Shown: piece after piece, positions 24,400 through 36,739 of the stretch
Layout of the letters: each line of letters opens with the position of its first letter
How positions within the stretch are numbered: position 1 is the first letter of the stretch
Source: Mustelus asterias
Taxonomy: Eukaryota
DNA length: 64,000 nt
NCBI RefSeq assembly: GCF_964213995.1
Contig: NW_027590119.1
Span: 186,001-250,000, forward strand
Direction of reading: 5' to 3'
Program-made: the position numbers and the translations under genes
The notes under the pieces: model-generated
Database searches by the model: none
What the model was told of the DNA's origin: nothing
What the model saw: only the letters and a program-made list of their open reading frames with translations

Positions 24400-24830
24400 G
24401 CAAGTGTACTCGTTGGAATTTAGAAGGCTGAGGGGGGATCTTATAGAGACCTATAAGATAATGAAGGGGCTGGATAGGGTAGAGGTGGAGAGATTCTTTC
24501 CACTTAGAAAGGAAGCTAGAACTAGAGGGCACAGCCTCAAAATAAAGGGGGGGTCAGTTCAGGACAGAGTTGAGGAGGAACTTCTTCTCTCAAAGGGTGG
24601 TGAATCTCTGGAATTCTCTGCCCGCTGAAGTGGTGGAGGCTACCTCGTTGACTATGTTTAAATCACGGATAGATGGATTCCTGATCGGTAAGGGAATTAG
24701 GGGTTATGGGGATCAGGTGGGTAAGTGGAACTGATCCACTTCAGATCAGCCATGATCTTATTGAATGGTGGGGCAGGCTCGAGGGGCTAGATGGCCTACT
24801 CCTGCTCCTATTTCTTATGTTCTTATGTAT
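24400..24830 (+). mobile_element. CR1 3' end; a second CR1 tail lies on the minus strand at ~24010-24275
   Basis: LEFRRLRGDLIETYKIMKG; tail ttcttatgttcttatg. Confidence 0.85.
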
Positions 24831-25343
24831 CCTTCCTTTAGTAAGGAGACAAAAGCTCCACACAATACTCCAGGTAATGCAGCAAGAGTGTGGGACAGTT
24901 ATTTACAGCTTTCGGGGAACAAGATAGAAAATAATGCTTCATGGAAATTAACGACTGCCAATTGTAGATTCTATCCTTAACTGACGGTGATGAAATTTGT
25001 AAACCTCTTTTACAGGATCTTCAAAGGGGGAGGATTTGCAGACACAAAATTCAAATCAAGCATCAAGTGAAGAATTGACAGAGTCACTCAATTATCAGGC
25101 TCTGAATATCATTAGCCTTTGAATCTAGAAGGAGAAATGTCTTCTGTTCTGTTTGCTTCAGAAAGTTTTAAACATCAGTGTCAACTGGAAAAGCAGCAAG
25201 ACACAAACATCTGGTAAGACTGTTCCAGTGACAGTTACATAGCTTGAAAGACCATCACCATTTACACCAGGAAGAGATTGTACAGACGCTTTGTGTGGCC
25301 ACCTCGGCTGAACAACAAACCTGGAGACAGGGACACCCGCACC

Positions 25344-26102
25344 ATGGAGAAACCGTGGAAATGTGGGGATTGTGGGAAGGGATTCAAATCCCCGTCTCAG
25401 CTGGAAATTCATCGACGCAGTCACACTGGGGAGAGACCGTTCACCTGCTGTTATTGTGGTAAGGGATTCACTCATTCATCCCACCTGCTGAGACACCAGT
25501 GGGTTCACACCAAGGAGAGGCCGTTCACCTGCTCCGAGTGTGGGAAGACCTTCACTACTTCATCTGATCTGCTGACACACCAGCGAATTCACACTGGGGA
25601 AAGGCCATTCACCTGCTCTGAGTGTGAGATGGGATTCAGTCGGTTATCTCACTTGCAGGCACACCAGCGAGTTCACACCGGGGAGAGGCCGTTCACCTGC
25701 TCTGATTGTGGAAAGGGATTCTCTCACTCCTCCAACCTGCGGATACACCAACGCGTTCACACTGGGGAGAGACCGTTCACCTGTACTGAGTGTGGGAAGG
25801 CATTCATTGACTCATCAAGCCTGCGGATACACCAACGAGTTCACACCAAAGAGAGGCCATTTACCTGCTCCGAGTGTGGAAAGGGATTCAGTCGGTCATC
25901 CTTCCTGAAGGCACACCAGCGGATTCACACTGGGGAGTGGCCACCCACCTGCTCTGAGTGTGGGAAAGCATTCATTGATTCATCCAGCCTGCAGATACAC
26001 CAACGTCTTCACACTGCGGAGAGGACATTCACCTGCTCTGAGTGTGGGAAGAGATTCAGTCGGTCAATCTACCTGCGCAACCACCAGCGAGTTCACAAGT
26101 GA
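25344..26102 (+). CDS. C2H2 zinc-finger protein F, 9 fingers
   Basis: Intact MEKPWKC...HQRVHK*, followed by the family 3'UTR. Confidence 0.9.
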   Translation: MEKPWKCGDCGKGFKSPSQLEIHRRSHTGERPFTCCYCGKGFTHSSHLLRHQWVHTKERPFTCSECGKTFTTSSDLLTHQRIHTGERPFTCSECEMGFSRLSHLQAHQRVHTGERPFTCSDCGKGFSHSSNLRIHQRVHTGERPFTCTECGKAFIDSSSLRIHQRVHTKERPFTCSECGKGFSRSSFLKAHQRIHTGEWPPTCSECGKAFIDSSSLQIHQRLHTAERTFTCSECGKRFSRSIYLRNHQRVHK

Positions 26103-27039
26103 TGGCAGGGATTGGATTCTGCTGTTATTGCTGCTGTTAATCACATCCAGGACTGAACCATGTTCATTCTGACAGTTGGTGAAGTGGGAGGGTTCGAAGG
26201 TTTCTCTCTGCTGGATTGGTCTTTCTCACAACTTTGCTTCCAGTGGGCTGGGAGAGCACATTTCCACAAATGATCCACACAAGCTGATGAAGGACATTTA
26301 TTTTATCCTGGAGAGTAAATCCTATTTCTCCTATCACTTCAAGTAGATCTAAATTAAATACATTTGTCTCTGTTCCATTGAGTCTACAGCACAGGGCCAG
26401 GCCAGTCGGCCCAATTGGTCTGTGTCAGTATTTATGCTCCACATGAGCCTCCACCCACCCCTCTTCATCTCCCCCCATCAGCATATCCTTCTATTCCTCT
26501 CTCCCTCATGTATGTATCTAGCTTCCCCTTCAATGTATTCATGCTGTTCACCTCAACCACTCGCTGTGGTGGTGAGTTCCACATTCTCACCACTCGCTGT
26601 GATAGTGAGTTCCACATTCTCACCACTCGCTGGGTAAAGGTGTTATTTATTAAATCCGTACTGGATTATTGAACCCCTTCATAATCTTGAAGACTTCCAT
26701 CAGTCTTCAGTTTTCCAGAGAAAAGTAACACCGGTGTTTTCAGAGGGTTAAATACTCTCAGTTCTGGAATTATTCTCCTGGGGTAAACCGGTCAGTCCCA
26801 TTGCCCCGTTCTATCCCTTTATCCTTTCAGTTCTATTTCCTGCAAGTGTCGGTCCATTTTCCTTGTTAAATCGTTCATTGTCTCTGCTTCCACCACCTTC
26901 ACAGGCAGTGAGTTCCAGCTCATTCCCACTCATTGAATAAAACATCCCTTTCTCACATCCCCCTGCATCCCTCGCTAAGAATATATAAATCTGTGCAGCC
27001 TTATCCTTGCACCATCAGCTAATGGGAACAGCTTTATCA

Positions 27040-27375
27040 TAGAATCCCTCCAGTGCAGAAAGAGGCCATTCGGCCCATCGAGTCTGCAACGACCACAATC
27101 CCACCTCGGCCCTACCCCCTTATCCCTACATATTTACCTGCTAATCTTCTAACCTACACAACTCAGGACACTAAGGGGCAATTTTAGCATGGCCAATCAA
27201 CCTAACCCGCACATCTTTGGACTGTGGGAGGAAACCGGAGCACCCGGAGGAAACCCACGCAGACACGAGGAGAATGTGTCAACTCCACACAGACAGTGAC
27301 CCGAGCCGGGAATCAAACCCAGGTCCCTGGAGCTGTGAAGCAGCGGTGCTAACCACGATGCTACCGTGCCGCCCC
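27040..27375 (-). mobile_element. HE1-like SINE
   Basis: Same head and body as 18612-18940. Confidence 0.87.
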
Positions 27376-30149
27376 ACCTTCTCACATTACATTACTCACA
27401 TCACTTTACCTTCTCACATTATTTAATCCTATTTGAATTTTGTACACCTTGAGCAAATCTCCCCTCCATCTCCTTTTCTCCAAGGAGAACAACCCCAGCT
27501 TCTCCAGCCTAGCCTTGTGGATAAAATTCCTCATTCCTGGAACCATCCCAGTAAATCTCCTCTGCACCCTCTCAAGGACCCTCACGTCCTTCCAATAGTG
27601 TGGTGACCAGAACTGGGCTCAGTGTTCTGTTGTGGCCTCACCAGAGCTTTAGAAACTATCAGCATAACCTCCCTGCTTTTGTTCTCAATTCCTCCGTTTC
27701 TGAAGCCCGAGATCACATAATCTCCAAATGGGAATGGTCAACATTTTTGCTTGAACATAAAATGCATTTTAACAACAGTTTGGCTGAAGAAGATTTTGTC
27801 CAATGAAGGAAAGAGTTGTTGACACAAAAAGAAGCCATTTTGAACTTGCTCTCTCCAAAAGAGAATCCAGAATGTGAGATTCTGGGAAATGAAATTAAAA
27901 ATGAAGCTGCAGCTACAACAGAGCAAGAAGAAGACATTTCAATGTGGAATTAACTGGAATATTCTCTCTGGATTTAAACAATGGAGAAACTGCAAACATG
28001 GAAGAAAATAAATTTCAAAATGTGAACTCTGAACAGACTGTTTTCAAAACTGAAGTTGAAAATTCACAGATGAACAGCAATGAAGACTCTCTTTTGCAGG
28101 AGGAACTTTGCACGATAATTATTATAAGAAGAAAACTTTCAGAAAACACTGCAAGCAGTAATTTCCATCTTCAGTGGACTGAGATTCCTGGACATGGAAC
28201 CCAGCAGTGTGCTGTTACCAAGCTGGACTTGTGAATGTAAAGTGGACAATGGGGGGATTATTATGTCTGTTGCAGGTTATAAGGTAATTAAACATTAGAC
28301 TTTGGAACAGGAGTTGGCCATTTGGCTCTTTGAGCCTGCTTCACCATTTGATAAGATCACAACTATTTAAATATACAGCATGTTGTACATTGTTAAAAGC
28401 AAAATACTGTGGGTGCTGGAATCTGAAACAAAAACACGAAATGCTGGAAAATCTCAGCAGGTCTGACAGCTTCTGTGGGGAGAGAAGAGAGCCAAAGTTT
28501 TGAGTCTACGTTGTAATGTTTCAAATGGGATAATACGAGGATGATACATTTTCATTTCTTCATGGGGAAGGTGTTGCAAAGATCTAATTTCATAATTCCT
28601 ATGTTTTAGAAGTATGAGTTCGTTCTACAATTGCTTTTTTAAAAATTTAAGGTAAATAGAAAACCTGCACTGAGAATCTGACAGAAACACCCGAAGGGGA
28701 TTCACATTCACAAGGCGTGGCCCATGCTGGTTTAAGATGTCAAAACTTGAAGGTAAGAAGTGTAAAAGGGCAGCTGGGCTCTTTTAGCTGGAGACCTGGA
28801 GACTTTGGGTCTGACAATTATTGCTCTGTCTTTGTTACAGATCGGAATTCTTCATGCAGACCTCAGGAAAAAAAGGTTTAGGTTTGAAGCTAAATATCTA
28901 ACAGACATTCCAACAGATGTGTTAGCACGGGGATAAGTGAGCCCTGGTTGGAATTCTGGGTGTTTCTCACAGAAAGCAAGCAGTCTGCAATTAGCTTGGA
29001 GGCCGTCAGCTATGGGACCAGGAGCTGTGAACCAGCTGTAGGACCAGAAGCCACTGGGTCATTAGGAACCAGGGGTGCTGCCAATGTTTAAATCCCTCAG
29101 TAAAGAAGGCAGTGAAGCCCACGGTTGGACGGAGGAGTCCACAGTTTTGAGGCCTCAAAGGAAAGTTGGAGAATTGTTTAACCAAAAGCTAATGGAAAGA
29201 CCCTCCTTAAAATCTTGGAGCCTGGAGAATAGCTGGAAAAGTGAGGAAAATTAAAGTGAATTCTGCAGAGCTCTGACATACCTTTGAGAGTCCCAGGAAC
29301 AGAATTGAACTTTCAAGATATCATTAAGTATAAAGAAACTTTTGGGATGAGTTTAAAAAACAGGTTTGTACCATAAGTCTTTATTGACTACAGTATTCAG
29401 TTTGTAGTGCTGTATTCTTAAATTTTATTTTGTTTTATATATACAGTAAAGTTTGTTTTTGTTTTAAAATGTTAAATCTTTTCATGTAATTCTTTTAGTT
29501 AATCACTGTGTGTTCACAATTTTCTTTGAACGTTAATTGTCCTGACTGGGATCACAAAACATTCACACAAACAAAGAAGAAAAAATGTGACTTTCCTCCT
29601 TTTGTACAAAGCATTACATATAAAGCCACCCCTCTCCTCAGAACCACAATAAGTTGTTAATATTCTCTTCATGAAATAATCTGATAATTGAAAGACTTAT
29701 GCTATGTTCATAGAGCTGGCTTTTAATATTTTGTTTTATAAATTTTGTTCTTGTTTAAAAATGTGGAATCTTGTGGTGCAATTCTTTGTGAATCACTGGG
29801 TATTTGAGTTTCTCTTTAAACATTAACAATCCTGATTAGGATCAGAACAATACACAGCAACATATTTCAAAATGAATCAAAGAAAAAAAATGTCCAAAGT
29901 ATTACATTATAAGACACTGCTGTTCTCGGATCCACAATAATTTCTTTACTTTAGTGAAACAATCTGATAATATGAATAAAATTTATACTAATTGCCGTCC
30001 CTTCTGAAGCAGGAGGGCGATCGCCTGGCACAGAGGGTAATTTGGGATTTCTCTCTTAGACCAATTGGCAGGGATTACACCCTCCAACCATCTGAAGTGA
30101 ATTCTTTACATGTTTGCGTAGCTTTAAGACTGGTTGCTGTGTTTACCTC

Positions 30150-30335
30150 TGGGACGGAAGGGTAGCACACTGGTTAGCACTGTTGCCTCACAGCGCCAGG
30201 GACCCGGGTTCGATTACTGGCTTGGGTCACTGTCTCTGTGGAGTTTGCATGTTCTCCCCATGTCTGCGTGGGTTTCCTCCGGGTGCTCCGGTTTGTGCGC
30301 CGGACTGTGGCCACCAGGGGAATTTCACGGTAACT
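30150..30335 (+). mobile_element. tRNA-derived SINE, internally deleted
   Basis: ggtagcacactggttagcact...gggttcgatt. Confidence 0.8.
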
Positions 30336-30399
30336 GTTTCCCCGTCATTCCTGAGATTCATTCACCGATTAGTGCTTTTCCAGTCCTGTCTTTTTTGTG

Positions 30400-30730
30400 A
30401 TATCCAGATCTGCTAAATATACTTACACCCTGATTCAAAACTTGACAAAGTCTGACTATGCTTCATAGGCACCCATCAGATCATCTTTCTTGTAAATCTC
30501 ATCAATGAAACCGAGTAAAAGATCCAAGCCTTGATCAGTGGATTTCCAGCTCAGAAAATGTTTTGCTGCCAATTTTCCTTTCGTTAGGAAGTGACAGTGC
30601 CAAGGCCAGACCTTGTTTTCTCATTGTTAGGGATGTAACCCGTGTCCACATCTCCACTTCATTCTTCCACTGGTCGTATGGTTCAGGCTCCGAGAACATC
30701 GGCGGGTAATCAGACCCTGACAATTCCCAC
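30400..30730 (-). mobile_element. Copia-type (GalEa-like) Gag remnant
   Basis: YPPMFSEPEPYDQWKNEVEMWTRVTSL..RKQGLALALSLP; clade assignment from memory. Confidence 0.6.
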
Positions 30731-31014
30731 TGGCTTTCATCTCTCACAAAAGCTGCTGGGACTGTAAACTTCTGTCTGAAATATACTTTCCTCCAGTTTC
30801 CAAACTTCACCATTGGACAAACACTCTCTGTGACCATGTTATAATCCTGACAGCCTTGTGGTGAAGGAAGAAACTGGAACCAATCTTTACTTGGAATAGA
30901 TTTAACTCCCAACTCTTTATACATACTTTCTTCAAACACACTCATATAATTATTTGATCAAAGCCCTCCATCTGTACATTCTTAAACTCAATTGATTCAA
31001 TTAACACCCATACT

Positions 31015-31295
31015 CAGGGCAGGAATCCGGGTTCAATTCCAGCCTCGGGTGACTGTGTGGAGTTTGCATGTTCTCCCCATGTCTGCGTGGGTTTTCTCCG
31101 GGTGCTCCGGTTTCCTCCCACCTTCTAAAGATGTGCGGGTTAGGTTGATTGTCCATGCTAAATTGCCCCGTAGCGTCAGGGGGATTAGCAGGGTAAATGT
31201 GTAGGTTTACTGGAGTGGGGCCTGGTTGGGATTGTGGTCGGTGCAGACTCAATGGGCTGAGTGACCTCCTTCTGCACTGTAGGAATTCTGTGATT
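31015..31295 (+). mobile_element. HE1-like SINE, 5'-truncated
   Basis: SINE body gtgtggagtttgcatgttctcc through tail. Confidence 0.82.
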
Positions 31296-31518
31296 AAAAA
31301 GAAAAGGTCTCTAATCGGTGTGAACTTGTTGGTGTGTCAGCAAGTTGGATGACTGATGACCTTCCCTAAACTCAGAGCAGGGGAATGGCCTCTCCTCAAT
31401 GTGGACTTGCTGGTGTCTCAGCAGGTTGGATGAATCAGTGAATCTCTTCTCATGCACAAAACACATCAAAGGTCTTTCCCCAGTGCGACCACATTGGTGT
31501 TTTAGCAGACTGGATGAC

Positions 31519-32148
31519 TCAATGAATCCTTCTCTTGGAGCAGGTGAATGGGTTCTTCCTGCTGTGAACTCGCTGGTGTGTCAGCAGGTTGGATGACTGA
31601 GTGAATCTCTTCCCACATATGGAGCAAGTGAATGGCCTCTCCCCAGTGTGAACTCGCTGGTGTGTCAGCAGATGAGGTGACCGTGTGAATCCCTTCCCAC
31701 ACTCAGCGCAGGTGAACAGCCTCTTCCTGGTGTGGCTGCGTTGATGTGTCAGCAGACAGGATGACTCAGTGAATGCTTTCCCACACTCAGAGCAGATGAA
31801 TGGTCTCTCTCCAGTGTGGATTCGCTGGTGTGTCAGCAAGTTGGATAACTGAGTGAATCCTTTCCCACACTCAGCACAGGTGAACGGTCTCTCCCTGGTG
31901 TGAACTCGCTGGTGTGTCCGCAGGGTAGATGAATCCTTGAATCCCTTCCCACACTCAGTGCAGGTGAATGGCCTCTCCCCACTATGAACTCGCTTGTGTG
32001 TCTGCAGGTGTGATGACTGAGTGAATCTCTTCCCACACTCAAAGCAGGTAAAAGGTCTTTTCCCAGTGTGGGTGTGTCGGTGAATTTCCAGTTGAGATGG
32101 AGCTTTGAATCCCTTCTCACAATCTCCACATTTCCATGGTTTCTCCAT
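31519..32148 (-). CDS. C2H2 zinc-finger protein G, 7 fingers; decayed fingers continue to ~31300
   Basis: MEKPWKC ORF of 209 aa; deletion/frameshift in finger 8. Confidence 0.78.
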   Translation of the reverse strand: MEKPWKCGDCEKGFKAPSQLEIHRHTHTGKRPFTCFECGKRFTQSSHLQTHKRVHSGERPFTCTECGKGFKDSSTLRTHQRVHTRERPFTCAECGKGFTQLSNLLTHQRIHTGERPFICSECGKAFTESSCLLTHQRSHTRKRLFTCAECGKGFTRSPHLLTHQRVHTGERPFTCSICGKRFTQSSNLLTHQRVHSRKNPFTCSKRRIH

Positions 32149-33509
32149 GGTGCGGGTGTCCTTGTGTCTCTCCAGGTTTGATGATCAATTGAAGCCTTGT
32201 CCACACACACAAAGCAAGTATGGTTTCTCCTCGCTGTGAATGGTGTGATATTTATTTCAGGGTGTGTAATTGGTTAATGGTCTTTCCACAGTCAGTTCGC
32301 TGGTACACTCTCATTCATATGTGTGTCTCGATGCTTTTCCAGTCACATATTTAAACCTTTTGACGCAGACAGAACACCATTTCTTTATACACGCTTTTTT
32401 CATACACACTCATATAATGATCCAATCAACGCCCTCCATCTGTACATACTTCAACTCAATTCGAGACTGAAAGAGCGATGATATTCAGGTCCTTTTGAAT
32501 CGAGTGAATGTGTCAGGTCTCAGTGTGACGTTTGGTTTCAGATTTCTATCGCAAATCTTCTCCTTCTCAAAACCTGTAAAAGGAATTTAGAAAAGTCAGC
32601 ACTGTCAGTACAGCAGAGAAATTCAGAACACACGATTCTAGTTTCAGTTGAACATTCATTCCTATTTTGTTCACCAAAAGTTGTAAACCTCAATCTCACA
32701 TATTCCCTCTGCTCTCACTCTGCTGTATCTAATATACACCCTCACAATTCTCCTGAAGGTGCTGATTGATGCTGAGTGGCCGACCCCTACTCACTGCTTC
32801 CTGACCTGGAGACCTGAAAACCTTGATGCAGACGGCTAGACTCAATACAAACCCAACCCATAGGTACAGATTCTGGAGGAAAACATGTGTTGAATAAACA
32901 CTGCTGTATTACTTGCTCAGAGCTTCATGACCATGTCAGTAAGAACTTCATTAAGGTACTGAGTGTTCACAAACACAAACTCGCTGCTTATGAGAATGCT
33001 GGAATTAGAGATGATCCAAGACTTCAAACTCAACTGGATGGACAACTGAAGGAAATAATCTTGCAGAGATACAAGGGTACAGCGGGAGAATGGGACTGGC
33101 TGGATTGCTCTCCAGAGAGTCAGCACGGACTCAAATGAACATTTTCTGTGCTGTAATGGATCAATGACTGGAAAGGTATGTCACCACAGTGCTATATTAC
33201 AAATTTGAAATAACAATAAATGAAATTTATCACAGAACCATAAATAATATATCTAATATGTACCTAACAACAAAACTAGACATAACACTGACCTATATAA
33301 AATTACTGTCCCACAAAGAATCATAAATTTACACCAGATTACACCAAACATATCCAAACATGCCAAACCTTACTATATTCCACTTAAATGTCAACTATCT
33401 CCTGAAGAAACCAGCCCTTTAATTGTGAACATTAGGAACGAGACCATCCTTTTAGCCAGACAAATAAATGTGTCAAGTTGAAGGAGCAAAGGATGTCAAT
33501 GTCTTTCAG

Positions 33510-33910
33510 AGAGAGAGACCTGGGCCAACCTTCCCAGAGTCTGCACCTTCCCTGGATTCACTTCCTTTCCCTTCAGTTGCTGCAAGTCCCCAATTTCCCC
33601 CAGAATGAGAAAAGAAATGGAAAGGGGGAGAAAAGAAAGTGTTTTACTCACAGATGTTGGCCTCTTTGGAGGAAGTTTGAGTCCGTCTGAAGCTCAACCT
33701 GCATTGTCACAAAGACCGCGCTCTGATTGGCTGGAGGACCAGAGTCCTTCCGGTCTTCCAAGAATTTCCATTGGTCAACACCTCAGCAGGGTTCAGAAAC
33801 ATTTCCGCACATGCGCAGATTCCCCTTTCCCTTGGACATGCGCAGATTCGAGCCCGGACTATTGAGCGATTTCTCCAACGCGAGGCATTGTGGGGGATGC
33901 GGCCGCCATT
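33510..33910 (-). promoter_or_regulatory. First-exon module and half-promoter of ZNF G
   Basis: Donor module ~33645, CCAAT pair 33720-33780, two catgcgca motifs. Confidence 0.6.
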
Positions 33911-35399
33911 ACTCCTCTGGAGCCCAGTCTCCAAACTCCTGGGACTGGGATGAAAGGTGGAGGTGGGAGTGACTGCACCCAGAAACAAAGCACATGTGGG
34001 TAGTCACTAGATTATATATTGATGCCCCATTAGCAAAACAGTTCACCTTCAGGCATAAAGATTGAAATTTTGGGGTGAGACACTAGGGAGGGCAAGAGGT
34101 AGTCTGAAATTGGGGTGAGATACTAAGGAGGGCAAGAGGTAGTCTGAAATTGAAACCGAGAGTTAGCACATAAAGTGGAGAAGAATTGATTTGATTTATT
34201 ATTGTCACATGTGTGTGTGTGTTGGGGGGGGGGGGGTGGGGAGGGGGGGGTGAGGCTATTGTCATATCACAAGCCTACCATCCATACAACTTTCAGTTAT
34301 AATATCACGTGTGTTTGTGGCGCTCGGGCTTCAATTTGGGGCCGTCAATTGGCAAATGTTTTTTTTATTGCACGCTGGGATTTTCCTGTTGAGTTGATTC
34401 AGGGTTTACATATACCAAGATACAAATGCTGCTCAGATATCTGAATTGGAGTTCTTTAGATACTGACTTCGTTACTGTTGATATGCATTTGGGAAAAGGA
34501 TGCGGAATCTGCGGAAATCATTGCTCGAGTTCTCTGTTCAAATCCTGGGGACGACGAAGTCGAGAGAACGCCAAGTCTTTGGAGTAAATTATTAATCAGA
34601 ATAGCGCCAGGGATTAACAGGCTAATTTAGTTTATTTATTCTATAAGCAAGAAGATACAAAAGCGATTTAATTGATTTGTCCAGAATGTTCCCCTCTTCA
34701 GGGAGTAAAACGTCGTGTTATAGATACATTGTAAGTCACCGCTTCTCCTTCTGTCTGAACTGCTGAGGACATCGGCTGAGTGACAGAATCTCCATGACCC
34801 AGATATGGAAAAAGGTTCTCTTTGTCTGGCGAAGGTGGACTCATAGCAAAAAAGATTCTCCACCCCAGGTGCAAACTAAACTTTGAGTAAAGGGCACAAA
34901 GCCAATCGTGGTAGAATTCACGATCGGAAATTGTTGAACACAAACTTGAGTCCCGAAGGCTCACAGGTAGTCGAAAGTTGCACTTTGTAGTTCCATGTCA
35001 CCCCCATCAGAGGGCAGTGAGATACCGTGTTGGGATCGGTACCGGGGCGAATTCCAGACTCACAACCACGGCCAAGAACAATATTGAGAGAATGCAACTA
35101 AAAGAGCAAAATTCCAAACAGAAATATTATATTAGCATCGATAGCAAACTTATATTGCTTCAGGAGATATATTATTATGGTTGCCAGAGTTGTGAATCTT
35201 TAGAAACTCTCTGGGAACCGTAATCAGAGGAGATTGAATGATGAACTGTCTGACTGAGCAGAGCCAGTCAAGGCATCTTTCCCTTCTTTATGACGCTATA
35301 ACATTGACTCTGATGTCAGCAGTGAAAGTAACTGATTGGAGGTATTGGAAGTATTCTCGTTACAGCACAAGAGGAATTCAAACCTAATATCAGCTTCGG

Positions 35400-35870
35400 A
35401 CAGCTCGGGGGGGGCGGGGGGGGGGGGGGGGGAGCAGCTGGGGGGGGGCGGGGGGGGAGCAGCCGGGGGGGGGTGGGTGGCGGGGGGGGGGGAGCAGCCG
35501 GGGGGGGGGGCAGCTGGGGGGGGGGGGAACAGCTGGCGGGGGGGACAGCGGGGGGGAGGGGGGGGACAGCGGGGGGGGGGGACAGCGGGGGGGGGGACAG
35601 CGGGGGGGGACAGCGGGGGGGGGGACAGCGGGGGGGGAACAACGGGGGGGGAACAACGGGGGGGGACAACGGGGGGGGACAACGGGGGGGGACAACGGGG
35701 GGGACAACGGGGGGGGACAACGGGGGGGGGAACAACGGGGGGGGGGAACAACGGGGGGGGAGATTGAGAGAGAGAGAAAAAGATTGAGACAGAGAGAGAA
35801 AGACGGAGAGAAAAATTGAGAGAGAGAGAAAGACGGAGAGAGAGAAAGACAGAGAGAGAGAGAAAGTCTC
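35400..35870. repeat. G-run minisatellite (Gn-acagc/acaac) followed by a GA-rich tract
   Basis: About 30 G-runs separated by 1-5 nt spacers. Confidence 0.95.
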
Positions 35871-36390
35871 CTCCATCCTCACCTCCAACAACAAAGTGTG
35901 AGGAGCTGATGGAGTTTCTTTGTCACAAAGATTGAGACAATCTGTTCAGTTGCCTCTGCTGCTTCCTTCCCTTCCACTCGCCCACTGGGCCAGACTGTCT
36001 GTAAGGCTCCTCTGTGTCCAAGCTCTGAACTCACATCTTTCTCCAGTCTCTCTCCTATGTCCCATCAAACTTTCTGATTGTTCATCTTGTCCATGAGACC
36101 TGCTTCCAACTGCCTTTACCCTTTTCCCACTAAAGCACCAATAACCCAACTTCTCCATGTTATCTGATATTGTTAATGGATCTGTCTCTTCTGGGACTGT
36201 CCCCCTCACCTCTAATTCACCCTCATCATCCATCCTAAGAAAAAAACCCTTGACCCCACTATCGTCACAAACTACCGTCCCAACTCCAACTTCCCTTCAA
36301 TCTCCAAAGTCCTTGGAACTTTTGTGTCCCCGAAGGATCTTTCCTTGGCCCCTCCTATTTCCCATCGACATTTTGCCACTGGGTGACATC
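35870..36390 (+). mobile_element. Degraded L2-like LINE ORF2 fragment
   Basis: CEELMEF..TKIETI and DIVNGSVSSGTVP...KKPL remnants. Confidence 0.55.
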
Positions 36391-36739
36391 ACCCATTGGT
36401 TTGGAAGAAGATTGTAAAGTTTATCTTTTTGAGAGCGGAGTTTGGAAACACTCGTGTCACAATTTCAGGGGAAATTTGAGGCAAAATCCACTTAGGATCG
36501 ATTGAGTTGCATCTGCCACTTAGTTTCAGAGTGGGGGTTGTCTGATCACAGTCAACCTGTGGGTTTAAGGGGACTGTGTGTTTACTGAGAACATTATAGC
36601 ATAAGAAATTTTGTAATCTGTGTTATCCTTGAAAGCTGTGTACATTTATGAAGGTAAGTGTTAGTGAAGGAGTATTTTATTATAATCAAATGCTTCCTGT
36701 TTAATAAATATTTTGTTGTTAAAAGCTAATTGGCAGTCA

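Noticed and set aside
35003-35020. CTCF-like motif (another near 39908)
   Set aside because: These are imperfect single matches expected by chance in 64 kb.
35296-35894. Pro/Gly-rich ORFs, also at 8700-9025 and 16653-17297
   Set aside because: They are translations of low-complexity or tandem repeats.
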